From: Candidatus Staskawiczbacteria bacterium RIFOXYB1_FULL_37_44
GTDB lineage: Bacteria > Patescibacteriota > Minisyncoccia > Minisyncoccales > Staskawiczbacteraceae
Direction of reading: 5' to 3'
DNA: 64,000 bases
NCBI GenBank assembly: GCA_001822065.1
Contig: MHPJ01000015.1
Location: 7,186 to 71,185, forward strand
In this document: piece after piece, positions 10,165 to 19,489 of the stretch
How positions within the stretch are numbered: position 1 is the first letter of the stretch
Layout: every line of letters begins with the position of its first letter
Position numbers and translations under genes: made by a program
Notes under the pieces: generated by a model
The model's database searches: none
Seen by the model: only the letters and a program-made list of their open reading frames with translations
Told to the model about the DNA's origin: nothing

Positions 10165-10861
10165 AATATCAAAAAAGTTTTCGGCAGAATTTGGTAAAAA
10201 AGAAAAAGTTCTTAACTACGCCTGTCAAACCTATCAACTATCCCGGCCCAATAAAGTTGGGGCAGTGATGTCCTTAATAAGAGAATGCCAGCCGAAAACA
10301 ATAAACGAATGGGAAAAGTGGTATTTTGAAAAAGCATTTACTGAAGGCAAAAGTCCTATAAAAATAACACCAGAAATTTTGAATGAATTAGGCGAGCGTT
10401 TGTATGAAAAAATTACTGAAGTTGTAATCCCCGAATGGCAGGCAGCATTTAACGAACTATCTCTGGAGGATTGTAAAGATTATGTTTATAATTTAACGGT
10501 AAGACGCACTTACGACGGTTTTATACGCGAGAAGTCGGTCGTGAACGATGGGTTGTCGAAAATTTTTCTAGAGGTAAAATTTATTGAAAGCGAAAACGAC
10601 CTTGATCATGCTGGAGATATAGACTATCTGGGTTTTGTGGATAAATTTGCTTTTGGGATACAAATAAAACCAATTACAGCAAGGGCAAATTTTGGGAATT
10701 ATTCTGTATCTGAAAGGATGAAAAATAATTTTATTGATTTCGAAAATAAATATAAAGGTAAGGTTTTTATTATTTTCAGTTTAGATGGGGAGATAGGCAA
10801 CAAAGAAGTATTAAAAGAAATTCAAAAAGAGATAGGAAGATTAAAAAATTTTAAAACTTAA
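10154..10861 (+). CDS. MjaI-family type II restriction endonuclease
   Basis: RPNKVGAVMSLIREC, RTYDG, IDY...GIQIKP; overlaps the MTase. Confidence 0.75.
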   Translation: MANKISKKFSAEFGKKEKVLNYACQTYQLSRPNKVGAVMSLIRECQPKTINEWEKWYFEKAFTEGKSPIKITPEILNELGERLYEKITEVVIPEWQAAFNELSLEDCKDYVYNLTVRRTYDGFIREKSVVNDGLSKIFLEVKFIESENDLDHAGDIDYLGFVDKFAFGIQIKPITARANFGNYSVSERMKNNFIDFENKYKGKVFIIFSLDGEIGNKEVLKEIQKEIGRLKNFKT

Positions 10862-10883
10862 AAATTAATTGAAAAATAAAAAT

Positions 10884-11042
10884 ATGGGGAAAATAAATAC
10901 CGAGTGGCATAAAAAAAACAAAATGCCGAAGAATCCGAAGCTTGAAGGAAAAATTAAATGGCACGAAGGCCACGCGAAAAATTGCAGTTGCCGGGATTCC
11001 TTGGGCCTTTGGGCAAAACTCAAAAAATCCAATAAGCTTTGA
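10884..11042 (+). CDS. Small hypothetical protein (52 aa, WH...MPKNP...WH..H...CxCR)
   Basis: ATG 10884 to TGA 11042, translated by hand; His/Cys pattern suggests metal binding. Confidence 0.6.
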   Translation: MGKINTEWHKKNKMPKNPKLEGKIKWHEGHAKNCSCRDSLGLWAKLKKSNKL

Positions 11043-11142
11043 AATAAAGTTTTGCGGTTAACCCATGTTAACCTGAACCCGCCAAAGAGCGGTTTTTTAG
11101 TTGAATAAGAAGGGATTTTTTGATAAGATAACGTTAAATTCA

Positions 11143-13011
11143 ATGCAAGAGAACATTCGAAATTTTTCTATCATAGCTCACATTGATCATGGGAAGTCTA
11201 CTTTGGCAGACAGGCTTTTGGAATTGACCGGCACTATAGACCCAAAAAAAATGATGCCGCAGTTTTTAGATTCAATGGATTTGGAAAGGGAGAAAGGAAT
11301 TACCATCAAGCTAAAATCAATTAGAATGGAGTTGGACGAATTGAAAATTGAAAATTTAAAATTGAAAATTCCAAGTTCAAGATATATCTTGAACTTGGTA
11401 GATACTCCCGGGCACGTGGATTTTTCTTATGAAGTTTCAAGGTCTTTGGAAGCTGTTGAAGGCTGCTTGCTTTTAGTGGATGCAACGCAGGGAATTCAAG
11501 CGCAAACGTTGGCAAATTTGGAATTGGCTCTCGGGCATAGCCCTACGGGCGAGCCCAAAAAACAAAATTTAAAAATAATTCCTGTTGTAAATAAAATTGA
11601 TTCGCCAATTGCGAAAGTTGAGGAGTCTGTTGAAGAGCTTTCAAATTTGTTGAACATAATGCCAGATGAAATTATAAAAATTTCTGCAAAAGACGGAACA
11701 AATGTAATGCAGGTTTTAGAGACTATAATAAAAGAAGTGCCGGCTCCCGCGAATACCGGGAATTCGCGGGAGAGTGTTTTTAGGGCGTTGATTTTCGATT
11801 CTGAATATGATTCTTTTAAGGGTGTAATTGCTTTTGTGCGCGTTGTGGATGGAGAAATCTCTGTTAATGAAAAAATTAATTTGATGGCTACAAATACAAA
11901 TGCCGAAGTAAAAGAACTTGGTTATTTAACTCCAGCATTTTCTGCGCAGAAAAAACTTTTAGCAGGTGACATCGGGTATATTGCAACCGGAATTAAAGAG
12001 CCGGGAAAAGTTACAGCCGGAGATACTATAACGAAACTCGAAGCACGAAATCCGAAATCCGAAACAGTTGAACCGTTGCCAGGATATAAAAAACCCGTGC
12101 CAATGGTTTTTGCCAGCTTGTATCCTGAAAATCCGGATGACTTTGACACGTTAAAAGTTGCTTTGGGAAAATTAAAATTAAACGATCCGGCTTTGGTTTT
12201 TGAGCAGGAAATGAAAGAGGCTTTGGGAAGGGGATTTAATTGCGGTTTTTTGGGAACCTTGCATATTGAAATTATTTCCGAAAGATTGCAGAGAGAATTT
12301 GGTTTGAGTTTGGTAATTTCAACTCCATCTGTGGTTTATAAAGTTTTTGATATGAAGGGAAAAGAAATTTTAATTCATTCCGCAACCGATTGGCCAGATC
12401 AATCCAGCATAAAAAGTTCTGAAGAGCCGTGGGTGTCTTTGGAAGTTGTGGCGCCGTCTAACCAAATGGGAAAATTAATGGAAATTTTAAAAAGTTTGAA
12501 GGGTAATTATTTGCAAACAGATTATTTAAGTCCGGAGAGGGCAATTATAATTTTTGAAACTCCTTTACGGGGGATTATTGCGAATTTGTATGACAAAATA
12601 AAAACAGCCAGCCAAGGTTATGCTTCAATGAATTATAAAATGCTGGGATTTAGGCCCGCGAAATTGGTAAAAATGGAAATTCTAATTGCGGGCCAAAAAG
12701 AAGAAGCATTTTCAAAAATCGTGGCGGAAAATGAATCTTACAATGAGGGGAAAAAAATAGTTGAAAAATTAAAAGATGTTTTGCCTCCCGAGCAGTTTTC
12801 TGTTGCGTTGCAAGCGGTAATCGGCGGCAAAGTAATTGCAAGAGAAACAATTAGTTCAAGAAGAAAAGATGTTACAGGATATTTGTATGGCGGAGATGTG
12901 ACAAGAAAAAAAAAGCTTTTGGAAAAACAGAAAAAAGGAAAAAAATTGATGAAGCAAAAGGGGAAAGTAAATGTTCCCACAAAAGCTTTTTTGGAAGTTT
13001 TTCGAGCTTAA
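11143..13011 (+). CDS. lepA: Elongation factor 4 (LepA)
   Basis: IRNFSIIAHIDHGKSTLADR, DTPGHVDF, GFLGTLHIEII, LYGGDVTRKKKLLEKQK; ATG at 11143. Confidence 0.97.
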   Translation: MQENIRNFSIIAHIDHGKSTLADRLLELTGTIDPKKMMPQFLDSMDLEREKGITIKLKSIRMELDELKIENLKLKIPSSRYILNLVDTPGHVDFSYEVSRSLEAVEGCLLLVDATQGIQAQTLANLELALGHSPTGEPKKQNLKIIPVVNKIDSPIAKVEESVEELSNLLNIMPDEIIKISAKDGTNVMQVLETIIKEVPAPANTGNSRESVFRALIFDSEYDSFKGVIAFVRVVDGEISVNEKINLMATNTNAEVKELGYLTPAFSAQKKLLAGDIGYIATGIKEPGKVTAGDTITKLEARNPKSETVEPLPGYKKPVPMVFASLYPENPDDFDTLKVALGKLKLNDPALVFEQEMKEALGRGFNCGFLGTLHIEIISERLQREFGLSLVISTPSVVYKVFDMKGKEILIHSATDWPDQSSIKSSEEPWVSLEVVAPSNQMGKLMEILKSLKGNYLQTDYLSPERAIIIFETPLRGIIANLYDKIKTASQGYASMNYKMLGFRPAKLVKMEILIAGQKEEAFSKIVAENESYNEGKKIVEKLKDVLPPEQFSVALQAVIGGKVIARETISSRRKDVTGYLYGGDVTRKKKLLEKQKKGKKLMKQKGKVNVPTKAFLEVFRA

Positions 13012-13098
13012 AAACTTATCAACAGCCCCTTGCATGGCGCAGGGGGTTTTTATTTGCTATAATATAGTAATTAGTATTTATAGTGTTTTTAAAATTTT

Positions 13099-14787
13099 AT
13101 GAAACTTAAAATATTTTTGGCAGTATTATTATCGGTATTGATTTTTGCAGTTACCGGACAAGCACTCGCAATTTCTTGGTGTCATACATTTAACACCAAT
13201 TTAGGATATGCGCAGTCTAACTCAAATGATATTGCGACAAAATTAGAAGTAATGAGCCTGCACGTTGCTTTGTTGGATCAAGGAATATCTTACGATCCTG
13301 ACGGGGCCGTAACATATTCAACCGGAACATCGGAAGGTGTAAAACAATTTCAGTCAAAATATTTTATTAGTCCGCAGTCCGGCTGGACGGGGCCTTTAAC
13401 AAGAACAAAATTAAACCAGCTTTACGGTTGTACGTCATCGGGCAACCCGTCTGTTTCTGTTCCTGCCTGTACTGAAAGTAACTGGACATACGTATTGTCT
13501 CCTTCAACGTGTCCGTCATTTGAAATGCAAACTAAAACATGGACAAGAATTGGCAATTGCACAGGAGGAACAACTCATCCTGCAAGCGAAACAATATTTT
13601 GCAATTACAAGCCATCTGTGCCCGTTTGCTTATCATTTACATATTCTAATTGGTCGCTTTGCGCTTCGTCTGGAGTAAAAACAAGAACAGTGGTTTCTTC
13701 TTATCCGGCAGGTTGCGCCGGAGGAAATCCAGTGCTTTCACAATCTTGCGTTTCAAATACGACTGATGCAAACACAAACACCGACACAAATACAAACATA
13801 AACACAAATACCTGCGTTCCAGACTGGGTTTGCAGCGATTGGTCAGATTGCGCCAATAGCCAGCAAACCAAAATATGCGTAGATTTTAACGGATGCGCGG
13901 TTTTAACCAATAAACCTTCAGAAACTCAGTCATGCGCTATGCCGCCGACAGTAGACATTAAGGCATGGGTTGCAACCAGAGCGGATTTGTCAGATGGGCC
14001 GATACTTATATCGAGTAATAAAGGTGTTTATTTGCAATGGACATCGTCAAATGTTGATTCGTGCGTAGCTTCCGGCGGCTGGATAGGAACAAAAAATACA
14101 ACAAACTCAGCCGGATTTTATACCGGCCAATTAACATCTTCGCAAACATATACTATCTCCTGCGCAGGAGCTGGCGGAACTGTAACAGACAGCGTAACTG
14201 TAAATCCGACAATCTCTCCGATTACAGATATTAAAGCTGAAAATGTTAACGGCCCTATTACTATATCCAACAACGGCACTGCAACTTTGAGCTGGGAAAC
14301 TGCAAATGTTAGCTCGTGTTCCTTAATTCCGGTTACATATTGCGTGGGATGCAATCCGGACTACGAAGTAGAAGGGACTCCTGAATCTGTTTTGGATCAC
14401 GGAACAAAATCTGTAACACTTTCTTACAGCCAATATGTGCCTAAAAAGAGTTATATTATTTCCTGTAAAGATTCCTCAGGGAACATTGTGAGCGATACGG
14501 TTTTGGTAAATGTAAGCCAATTAAATGCTCCGAGCGTCGCATTAAGGGCAAACGGAAGATTGAGTTCTGCTGCTATTTTTGAAGGCAATTCAGTAAGTTT
14601 AACATGGACTTCGTCGGGAGCCGACACATGCACGGCGTCTGAAAAATGGAGCGGATCAAAATCTGTTTCTGGTTCTGAAACTGTAACAATGCCCGATTTT
14701 TCCGGATTAACTTATGAATATTCTTTGACCTGTTCCGGACCAACCGGAAAGGCAGAAAGTTCTGTCAAGGTCAGTAGAATTCCTTGA
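13099..14787 (+). CDS. Secreted/surface protein with peptidoglycan-binding domain, Cys-rich WSxC repeats and Ig-like repeats
   Basis: Signal peptide; VKQFQSKY...GPLTRTKLN; WSxC repeats; LxWTSSNxxSCxASGxW repeats. Confidence 0.75.
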   Translation: MKLKIFLAVLLSVLIFAVTGQALAISWCHTFNTNLGYAQSNSNDIATKLEVMSLHVALLDQGISYDPDGAVTYSTGTSEGVKQFQSKYFISPQSGWTGPLTRTKLNQLYGCTSSGNPSVSVPACTESNWTYVLSPSTCPSFEMQTKTWTRIGNCTGGTTHPASETIFCNYKPSVPVCLSFTYSNWSLCASSGVKTRTVVSSYPAGCAGGNPVLSQSCVSNTTDANTNTDTNTNINTNTCVPDWVCSDWSDCANSQQTKICVDFNGCAVLTNKPSETQSCAMPPTVDIKAWVATRADLSDGPILISSNKGVYLQWTSSNVDSCVASGGWIGTKNTTNSAGFYTGQLTSSQTYTISCAGAGGTVTDSVTVNPTISPITDIKAENVNGPITISNNGTATLSWETANVSSCSLIPVTYCVGCNPDYEVEGTPESVLDHGTKSVTLSYSQYVPKKSYIISCKDSSGNIVSDTVLVNVSQLNAPSVALRANGRLSSAAIFEGNSVSLTWTSSGADTCTASEKWSGSKSVSGSETVTMPDFSGLTYEYSLTCSGPTGKAESSVKVSRIP

Positions 14788-15106
14788 TATGGCCCGGTTG
14801 CAATCGATATCCTACAAATTGGTCTTTTTGTGCTAAGCCCGATGCCATTACGGGCAAAAATTGTTCTTACAGCAGTCCTTGTCCGACGGGATATTTTTGC
14901 AGTTGCAATTACATAGATAACTGGTATTCCAGCGGCTGTGAAACTCCTCCTTATTATTTTAGCAAGCAATGCTTTAAAAAGGGAAGTTAGGGGATAAAAA
15001 AATAATTTTAAAAACTGCGGGGTAAAAGCCCGCGGTTTTTTTGTGCCTTGATTCGCTTTATTTTTTGTGTTAAAGTAATTTTATTACACAATAAATATGT
15101 AATCAT

Positions 15107-15459
15107 CGCGCTGTGGAGGAGTAGTACCTCGGCAGTCTCATACTGAAGCCCCGTGTAATTGGGGCGGATGCGTGACCCTATGCGGTAACGCGTAGTGGAA
15201 AATTCCTTAAATTGCTGGAAAATCATTAAGTTTTTCTCGCTACAGCATAATCTGAAAAGATAAGTGCGAATGCGTAAAAAGCAGAAAAAATTTGACAATC
15301 AGCATCCAAACCTACAAAATTTTGTGGGGAGGTTCAGAGACTATAATAGGAATCGCCATTCTAATAGGAATTAGAAGGGCGAATGGTATAGTCCATTCCT
15401 TTTAGAAATAAAAGGTATAAAAGAAGCTGCAGGCCCCCGTGCAATTCGGGGCAGCGCAA
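15107..15459 (+). tRNA. Initiator tRNA-fMet(CAU) interrupted by a group I intron (exons 15107-15141 and 15424-15459)
   Basis: Spliced exons fold into a cloverleaf with C1:A72 mismatch, A11:U24 and anticodon loop CUCAUAA. Confidence 0.88.
15142..15423 (+). ncRNA. Group I self-splicing intron (282 nt, no ORF), inserted after anticodon position 36
   Basis: 5' exon ends in U and intron ends in G; core elements aaattgctggaaa, aatcagca, gttcagagacta, ggtatagtcc. Confidence 0.9.
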
Positions 15460-15519
15460 CATATTGCAATTGTCTTGGACTGACGGTATAATAAAATAAA
15501 TATTATATTCGTTAGTCCA

Positions 15520-16218
15520 ATGGCAAACATAATAGAAAAAAATAAAGCCTTGAAATTAAGGCTTGAAGGAAAAAGCATAAGTGAAATTGCGGAAAAATTG
15601 AATGCTCCGAAAAGCACGATTGGTGTTTGGTGCAGAAATATAAAATTAGGGAAAAAACAGATTGAAAGACTGGAAAAAAGACAAATTTCAGGAAGCTATA
15701 AAGGCAGGATGAAATTTTTAGAAAAAATTAGAAGCGAGAGATTATTGCAAACAAAAAAATTAAAGCAGGAAGGACTAAACGATATTAAAAATATTACAAA
15801 GAGAGATTTGTTTGTATCGGGAATAGCAATGTACTTGAGCGAAGGAGCGACATCTGAAAGCAGTGAAGAAGTAAGTTTTACAAATTCAGATTTCCGAACG
15901 ATTATTTTTATGAAGAAATGGTTTATGGAGATTTGCGGAGTATTGGCAGATAAATTTGTAATTCAAATTAGAATCAATGAGGCGCATAAGAATAAAATAA
16001 AAAATACGGAAAATTATTGGTCAAAAATAACTGGTGTTCCATTGAGCCAGTTTACGAAAACTATTTTAATAAAAAGTAAATCAAAAAAAGTTTATCCAAA
16101 AAATAATATTTATTATGGAACGATTAGATTGAAGGTGAGACAGGGTACTCAGTTGAGAAGAAAAATAAACGGATGGGTTGAAGGGTTGTTAAAAAATATA
16201 AACAACATGTCGGGGTAG
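15520..16218 (+). CDS. HTH plus LAGLIDADG-like putative homing endonuclease (free-standing)
   Basis: N-terminal HTH (GKSISEIAEKLNAPKSTI); GIAMYLSEG helix followed by VSFTNSD. Confidence 0.65.
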   Translation: MANIIEKNKALKLRLEGKSISEIAEKLNAPKSTIGVWCRNIKLGKKQIERLEKRQISGSYKGRMKFLEKIRSERLLQTKKLKQEGLNDIKNITKRDLFVSGIAMYLSEGATSESSEEVSFTNSDFRTIIFMKKWFMEICGVLADKFVIQIRINEAHKNKIKNTENYWSKITGVPLSQFTKTILIKSKSKKVYPKNNIYYGTIRLKVRQGTQLRRKINGWVEGLLKNINNMSG

Positions 16219-16282
16219 CTCAGTTGGTAAGAGCGTGGCACTCATAACGCCAAGGTCGTGGGTCCGACTCCCACCCTCGACA
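16209..16282 (+). tRNA. tRNA with CAU anticodon (elongator Met or Ile2; not resolved)
   Basis: Cloverleaf gtcgggg/cctcgac, anticodon loop CUCAUAA. Confidence 0.85.
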
Positions 16283-16300
16283 CACAATAAAATAATTTAT

Positions 16301-16379
16301 GCGGGCATAGTCCAGCCTGGTTCAAGACGCCTCCCTGTCACGGAGGAGATCGGGGGTTCAAATCCCCCTGCCCGCGCCA
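16301..16379 (+). tRNA. tRNA-Asp(GUC), integration target
   Basis: Cloverleaf gcgggca/tgcccgc, G73, CCA end. Confidence 0.95.
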
Positions 16380-17984
16380 CTGTGAACGAACAGAGTCTAA
16401 AAGCTCTGTTTTGTTCGTAAAATGGCCTGTTTTTGTTGGTTCTAACCTTAAATAAGCCCGTTCCAATGCGGGATAGTTATTTATGATTGGTTGAAACCAC
16501 TCATTTGGTTCAATTACCAGTTTTCCCTCTTGGATAACTGGCCTTTGGCCTAAGGTCATCAGTATTTCCTTTTTCAGTTCTAACCCTCCTTGCTCAAACC
16601 TTATTCTGGCGTAAGTTGCGAAAGTAAAGGTCTTTTCTGTGAGTTCCAGCCATCTTTCTGCTCGGCTCTCGGTTTCATTCACTTTTTGTCTAAGTTGGGC
16701 AATTTTAGCTTTTAAGTTATTTTTTTCTTTAAGAAAAGTTTCGTCATCAATCAAAAGGCGATACCTCATTTTGGTTAATTCATCTAATTCGGTTTGCGCT
16801 TGGGCTAATGCTTTCTGTTGCGTTTCATAAATTTTGCTCCTGTCCTCAATTTCCGTATCATTCTTTTCGTTTAAGTCCTCTAATGCCCAATTTAGAAATT
16901 CTGGGAGTATGGTGTATTTACCAAGCTCATTATCAATTTGCTCCTCTAAATTTTGTTTGGTTAAAACTTTTTTTTGCGAACACTTAATATCTTTACTTCT
17001 TCTGGTGCAATAATAATATGTGAAGGTTTTTATTTTGCCAGTGCCTTTTATAAGTTTTTCTTTTTCAATTGCAGTAAAGAAACATCCGCACTCTGAACAG
17101 CGGAGAGAACCAGTAAAAGCAAAGTGATGTTTTCGTTGTCTTGGTTTTCCTTTTCTCCCAAGAAGCATCTGAACTCTGTCATATTCGTCAAGAGTTATCA
17201 TTTTTGGGTGTTTGCCTTCGTATTGCATCCTTACTTTTCCATATTCAAAAAAACCAGTATAAAAAATGTTGTTAAACATTTTATAAATTCCCGTTCTTGA
17301 TAACGGAACTCCACCAGTCCTTTTTGTCTTTCTTGTTCTATACCCCCATTGATTATTTGCGATGTCTAAAATTTGTGGCGGGGTATAGTTGCCCGTAAGC
17401 ATTAAGTCCCACATTTTTCTAACTAACGGAAATCTTTCGGGGTCTATTGAAATGTCATTATCGCCCCTATCTTTAATTTTGCTGTTTAGATAACCTTGTG
17501 GCGCAGTAGTCGGCAACCATCCTTTTGCCAGTTTGCTATCAATGCCCCTTTTAACGCTTTTTCTCAAATCCAAAATAAACTGGTTGGCCGAGCCAGTTTC
17601 AACATTAAAGAGAATTACATTGTCGTCTGGGAGATATTGCCTGTCTATCGTCTGAATTGATTTAATAAGTCCTTGTTGCAACATCCAGCTTAATTTACCG
17701 CTATCAATAGGGTTTCGGGATAGTCTATTTATCTGCCAACATAGAATACCGTTTGCTTCACCGTTTTCAATTCGCCTGAGCATTTCGTCAAAAAGTGGAC
17801 GGTTGTTTGGTTTTTTGGCAGACTTTGACTCTGTATATGTTTTTTTGATGGTTATATTCAAATCTCCCGCAAGTTGCCTTAACCTGTTAAGCTGGTCATC
17901 AATTGATTGAATTTGTCTATCCTCGCTTTCAGAAGATTTACGAGCATAGAGAAAATATGTAAGTTTATTGTTTTCTTTTTCCAT
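16338..17984 (-). CDS. Large serine recombinase 1 (resolvase, recombinase and Zn-ribbon domains); C-terminus reads through antisense tRNA-Asp
   Basis: YARKSSE, INRLSRN, CSECG...YYYC, coiled coil. Confidence 0.93.
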   Translation of the reverse strand: MEKENNKLTYFLYARKSSESEDRQIQSIDDQLNRLRQLAGDLNITIKKTYTESKSAKKPNNRPLFDEMLRRIENGEANGILCWQINRLSRNPIDSGKLSWMLQQGLIKSIQTIDRQYLPDDNVILFNVETGSANQFILDLRKSVKRGIDSKLAKGWLPTTAPQGYLNSKIKDRGDNDISIDPERFPLVRKMWDLMLTGNYTPPQILDIANNQWGYRTRKTKRTGGVPLSRTGIYKMFNNIFYTGFFEYGKVRMQYEGKHPKMITLDEYDRVQMLLGRKGKPRQRKHHFAFTGSLRCSECGCFFTAIEKEKLIKGTGKIKTFTYYYCTRRSKDIKCSQKKVLTKQNLEEQIDNELGKYTILPEFLNWALEDLNEKNDTEIEDRSKIYETQQKALAQAQTELDELTKMRYRLLIDDETFLKEKNNLKAKIAQLRQKVNETESRAERWLELTEKTFTFATYARIRFEQGGLELKKEILMTLGQRPVIQEGKLVIEPNEWFQPIINNYPALERAYLRLEPTKTGHFTNKTELLDSVRSQWRGQGDLNPRSPP

Positions 17985-17987
17985 ACA

Positions 17988-18106
17988 CCTTAAAGGGACA
18001 TCTGGTCGCCCAACTCGTTATCCCGAAGGATGCGTTATTGGCAGATGCCCCTTTAAGGCAACAACGCAACCATAAAAAAATTCGGGACAATAATAAGTTA
18101 GGCGAC
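17988..18106 (-). ncRNA. Pseudoknot-type 5' leader RNA of LSR1
   Basis: Interleaved inverted repeats with mismatches reading as G.U on the minus strand; TATAAT at 18118-18113. Confidence 0.7.
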
Positions 18107-18121
18107 AATTTAATTATAACG

Positions 18122-19252
18122 CTAATTTTTAATAAGGCAAGTGTCATCTGGCTTCATAATTTTGAAATCAACTAATTGCGTTCTGCAATCGTCAAAAACT
18201 TGTTTTAATGTGAAAGACGGTAGGGAGTATTTACTTATCAATTCTTTTATTTTTTCATCGGCCTTAGCTCGTTGTTGTCTTGTGTAAAATTCGTCTGATA
18301 TGAGCTTTAACTGCTGTGAGCCTGCTTGTTGTGTGGCCAAGCACCTGCCGAGCCAAGTATATGCGTTTTCAAGGGGCATATTGGCTTGCTTGGTTCTCTT
18401 GAAAAATTCGTGTATTGGGAGCAGGGGCGTATCCATTGCCCTAATGTTTAATGTGTTATTGATTTTATCAAAACTTTCTAAAAGTATGTCTTGGCATAGT
18501 TTGTCGTTGAACACTTCTGCAAAGTGTCTTTCCTGTCCGTAAGTGCCACCAATCCTTGTTTTAAGATGCCTTTTGAGGGTATATCTGTTTTGGTAGGTTA
18601 TTTCCATACGAATTATCTTGTCTGGGAGTTGGCCGTGTTTTAATTTAATGGCTATGTCTTTTTCTGTCCTATTCTTGGCATTAGCTATTATTTCAGCTCC
18701 CTTATCATACATTTTCCAGCTAACTTGTTTGTTATAAATTCTACCACAGAAACCGAACCTGTCGCTTTCTGTGTAAAATGTATCTTTTCTTTTGTTATAA
18801 TTCTTACCTATATCTAAAAAGGGTATGACTTTAAGATATTCAATAGGGTAGCCATAGTTTTGCGAGAGTATAAAGTTAAACGAAAAAGCTATGTTTTTGA
18901 TGTTGGCGTAATCCAGCATTTCTTTTTTGATTGGCGACCCCCTAAAAATATAGCAGAGTTTATCATAAAGAGCGTCCGTAAACAGATTTTTATCAGTTTG
19001 GCTAATGCCGTAATAATTGGTGTTGTGCAGTATTTTGGGAGCTGAAAATTCTATGTCTGTGCTTACTGTGTATAATCCTGATTGTCCTTCGGCCTTTTTT
19101 ACGGTAATTCTTGGCAGATAAGCGCCGAGCGAGGAGTCTGGGTTGAAGATATACTTTATCCTACCTTCGCTTCGGCTTGCCTTAAAAAATTGTAAGTTTT
19201 TGTCGGGAATATCTAACCTTTCTATCTGCAAAGTGAGAGTGTCTATCATCAT
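18122..19252 (-). CDS. Putative replication initiation protein (phage/plasmid Rep, gene II/X-like)
   Basis: MIDTL N-terminus, IEFSAPK, KMYDKG..E, IIRMEI; recognised by eye only. Confidence 0.55.
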   Translation of the reverse strand: MMIDTLTLQIERLDIPDKNLQFFKASRSEGRIKYIFNPDSSLGAYLPRITVKKAEGQSGLYTVSTDIEFSAPKILHNTNYYGISQTDKNLFTDALYDKLCYIFRGSPIKKEMLDYANIKNIAFSFNFILSQNYGYPIEYLKVIPFLDIGKNYNKRKDTFYTESDRFGFCGRIYNKQVSWKMYDKGAEIIANAKNRTEKDIAIKLKHGQLPDKIIRMEITYQNRYTLKRHLKTRIGGTYGQERHFAEVFNDKLCQDILLESFDKINNTLNIRAMDTPLLPIHEFFKRTKQANMPLENAYTWLGRCLATQQAGSQQLKLISDEFYTRQQRAKADEKIKELISKYSLPSFTLKQVFDDCRTQLVDFKIMKPDDTCLIKN

Positions 19253-19260
19253 AAGCAGAA

Positions 19261-19485
19261 TTACTTGGTTGTAGTATTACTCCCTTGCTTGGAAGACGGC
19301 TCATCGGCTTTGTTTAGGCGCTTTTGCAATTCTTGGTATTCTTTTTCAGTAATTGGCCTGTAAACCAACTGAACCATACGAACCAGCTTAGCGCCTTTTT
19401 CATAAGCGTCTTCTTTACTTAACTCTTTGCCAAAATGCTTTTTATAAAGAGCTTGAAATTTTGCTATCCTTTCTTCAGACAACAT
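19261..19485 (-). CDS. Small hypothetical protein of the mobile element
   Basis: 74 aa in operon with Rep. Confidence 0.7.
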   Translation of the reverse strand: MLSEERIAKFQALYKKHFGKELSKEDAYEKGAKLVRMVQLVYRPITEKEYQELQKRLNKADEPSSKQGSNTTTK

Positions 19486-19489
19486 ATGA

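Noticed and set aside
13755..13812. acaaac-type microsatellite
   Set aside because: It encodes a low-complexity Asn/Thr linker in the surface protein.
16355..16379. Long tRNA 3'-end direct repeat marking attR
   Set aside because: None found by eye; only a 3-4-bp core is shared, which fits serine rather than tyrosine recombinases.
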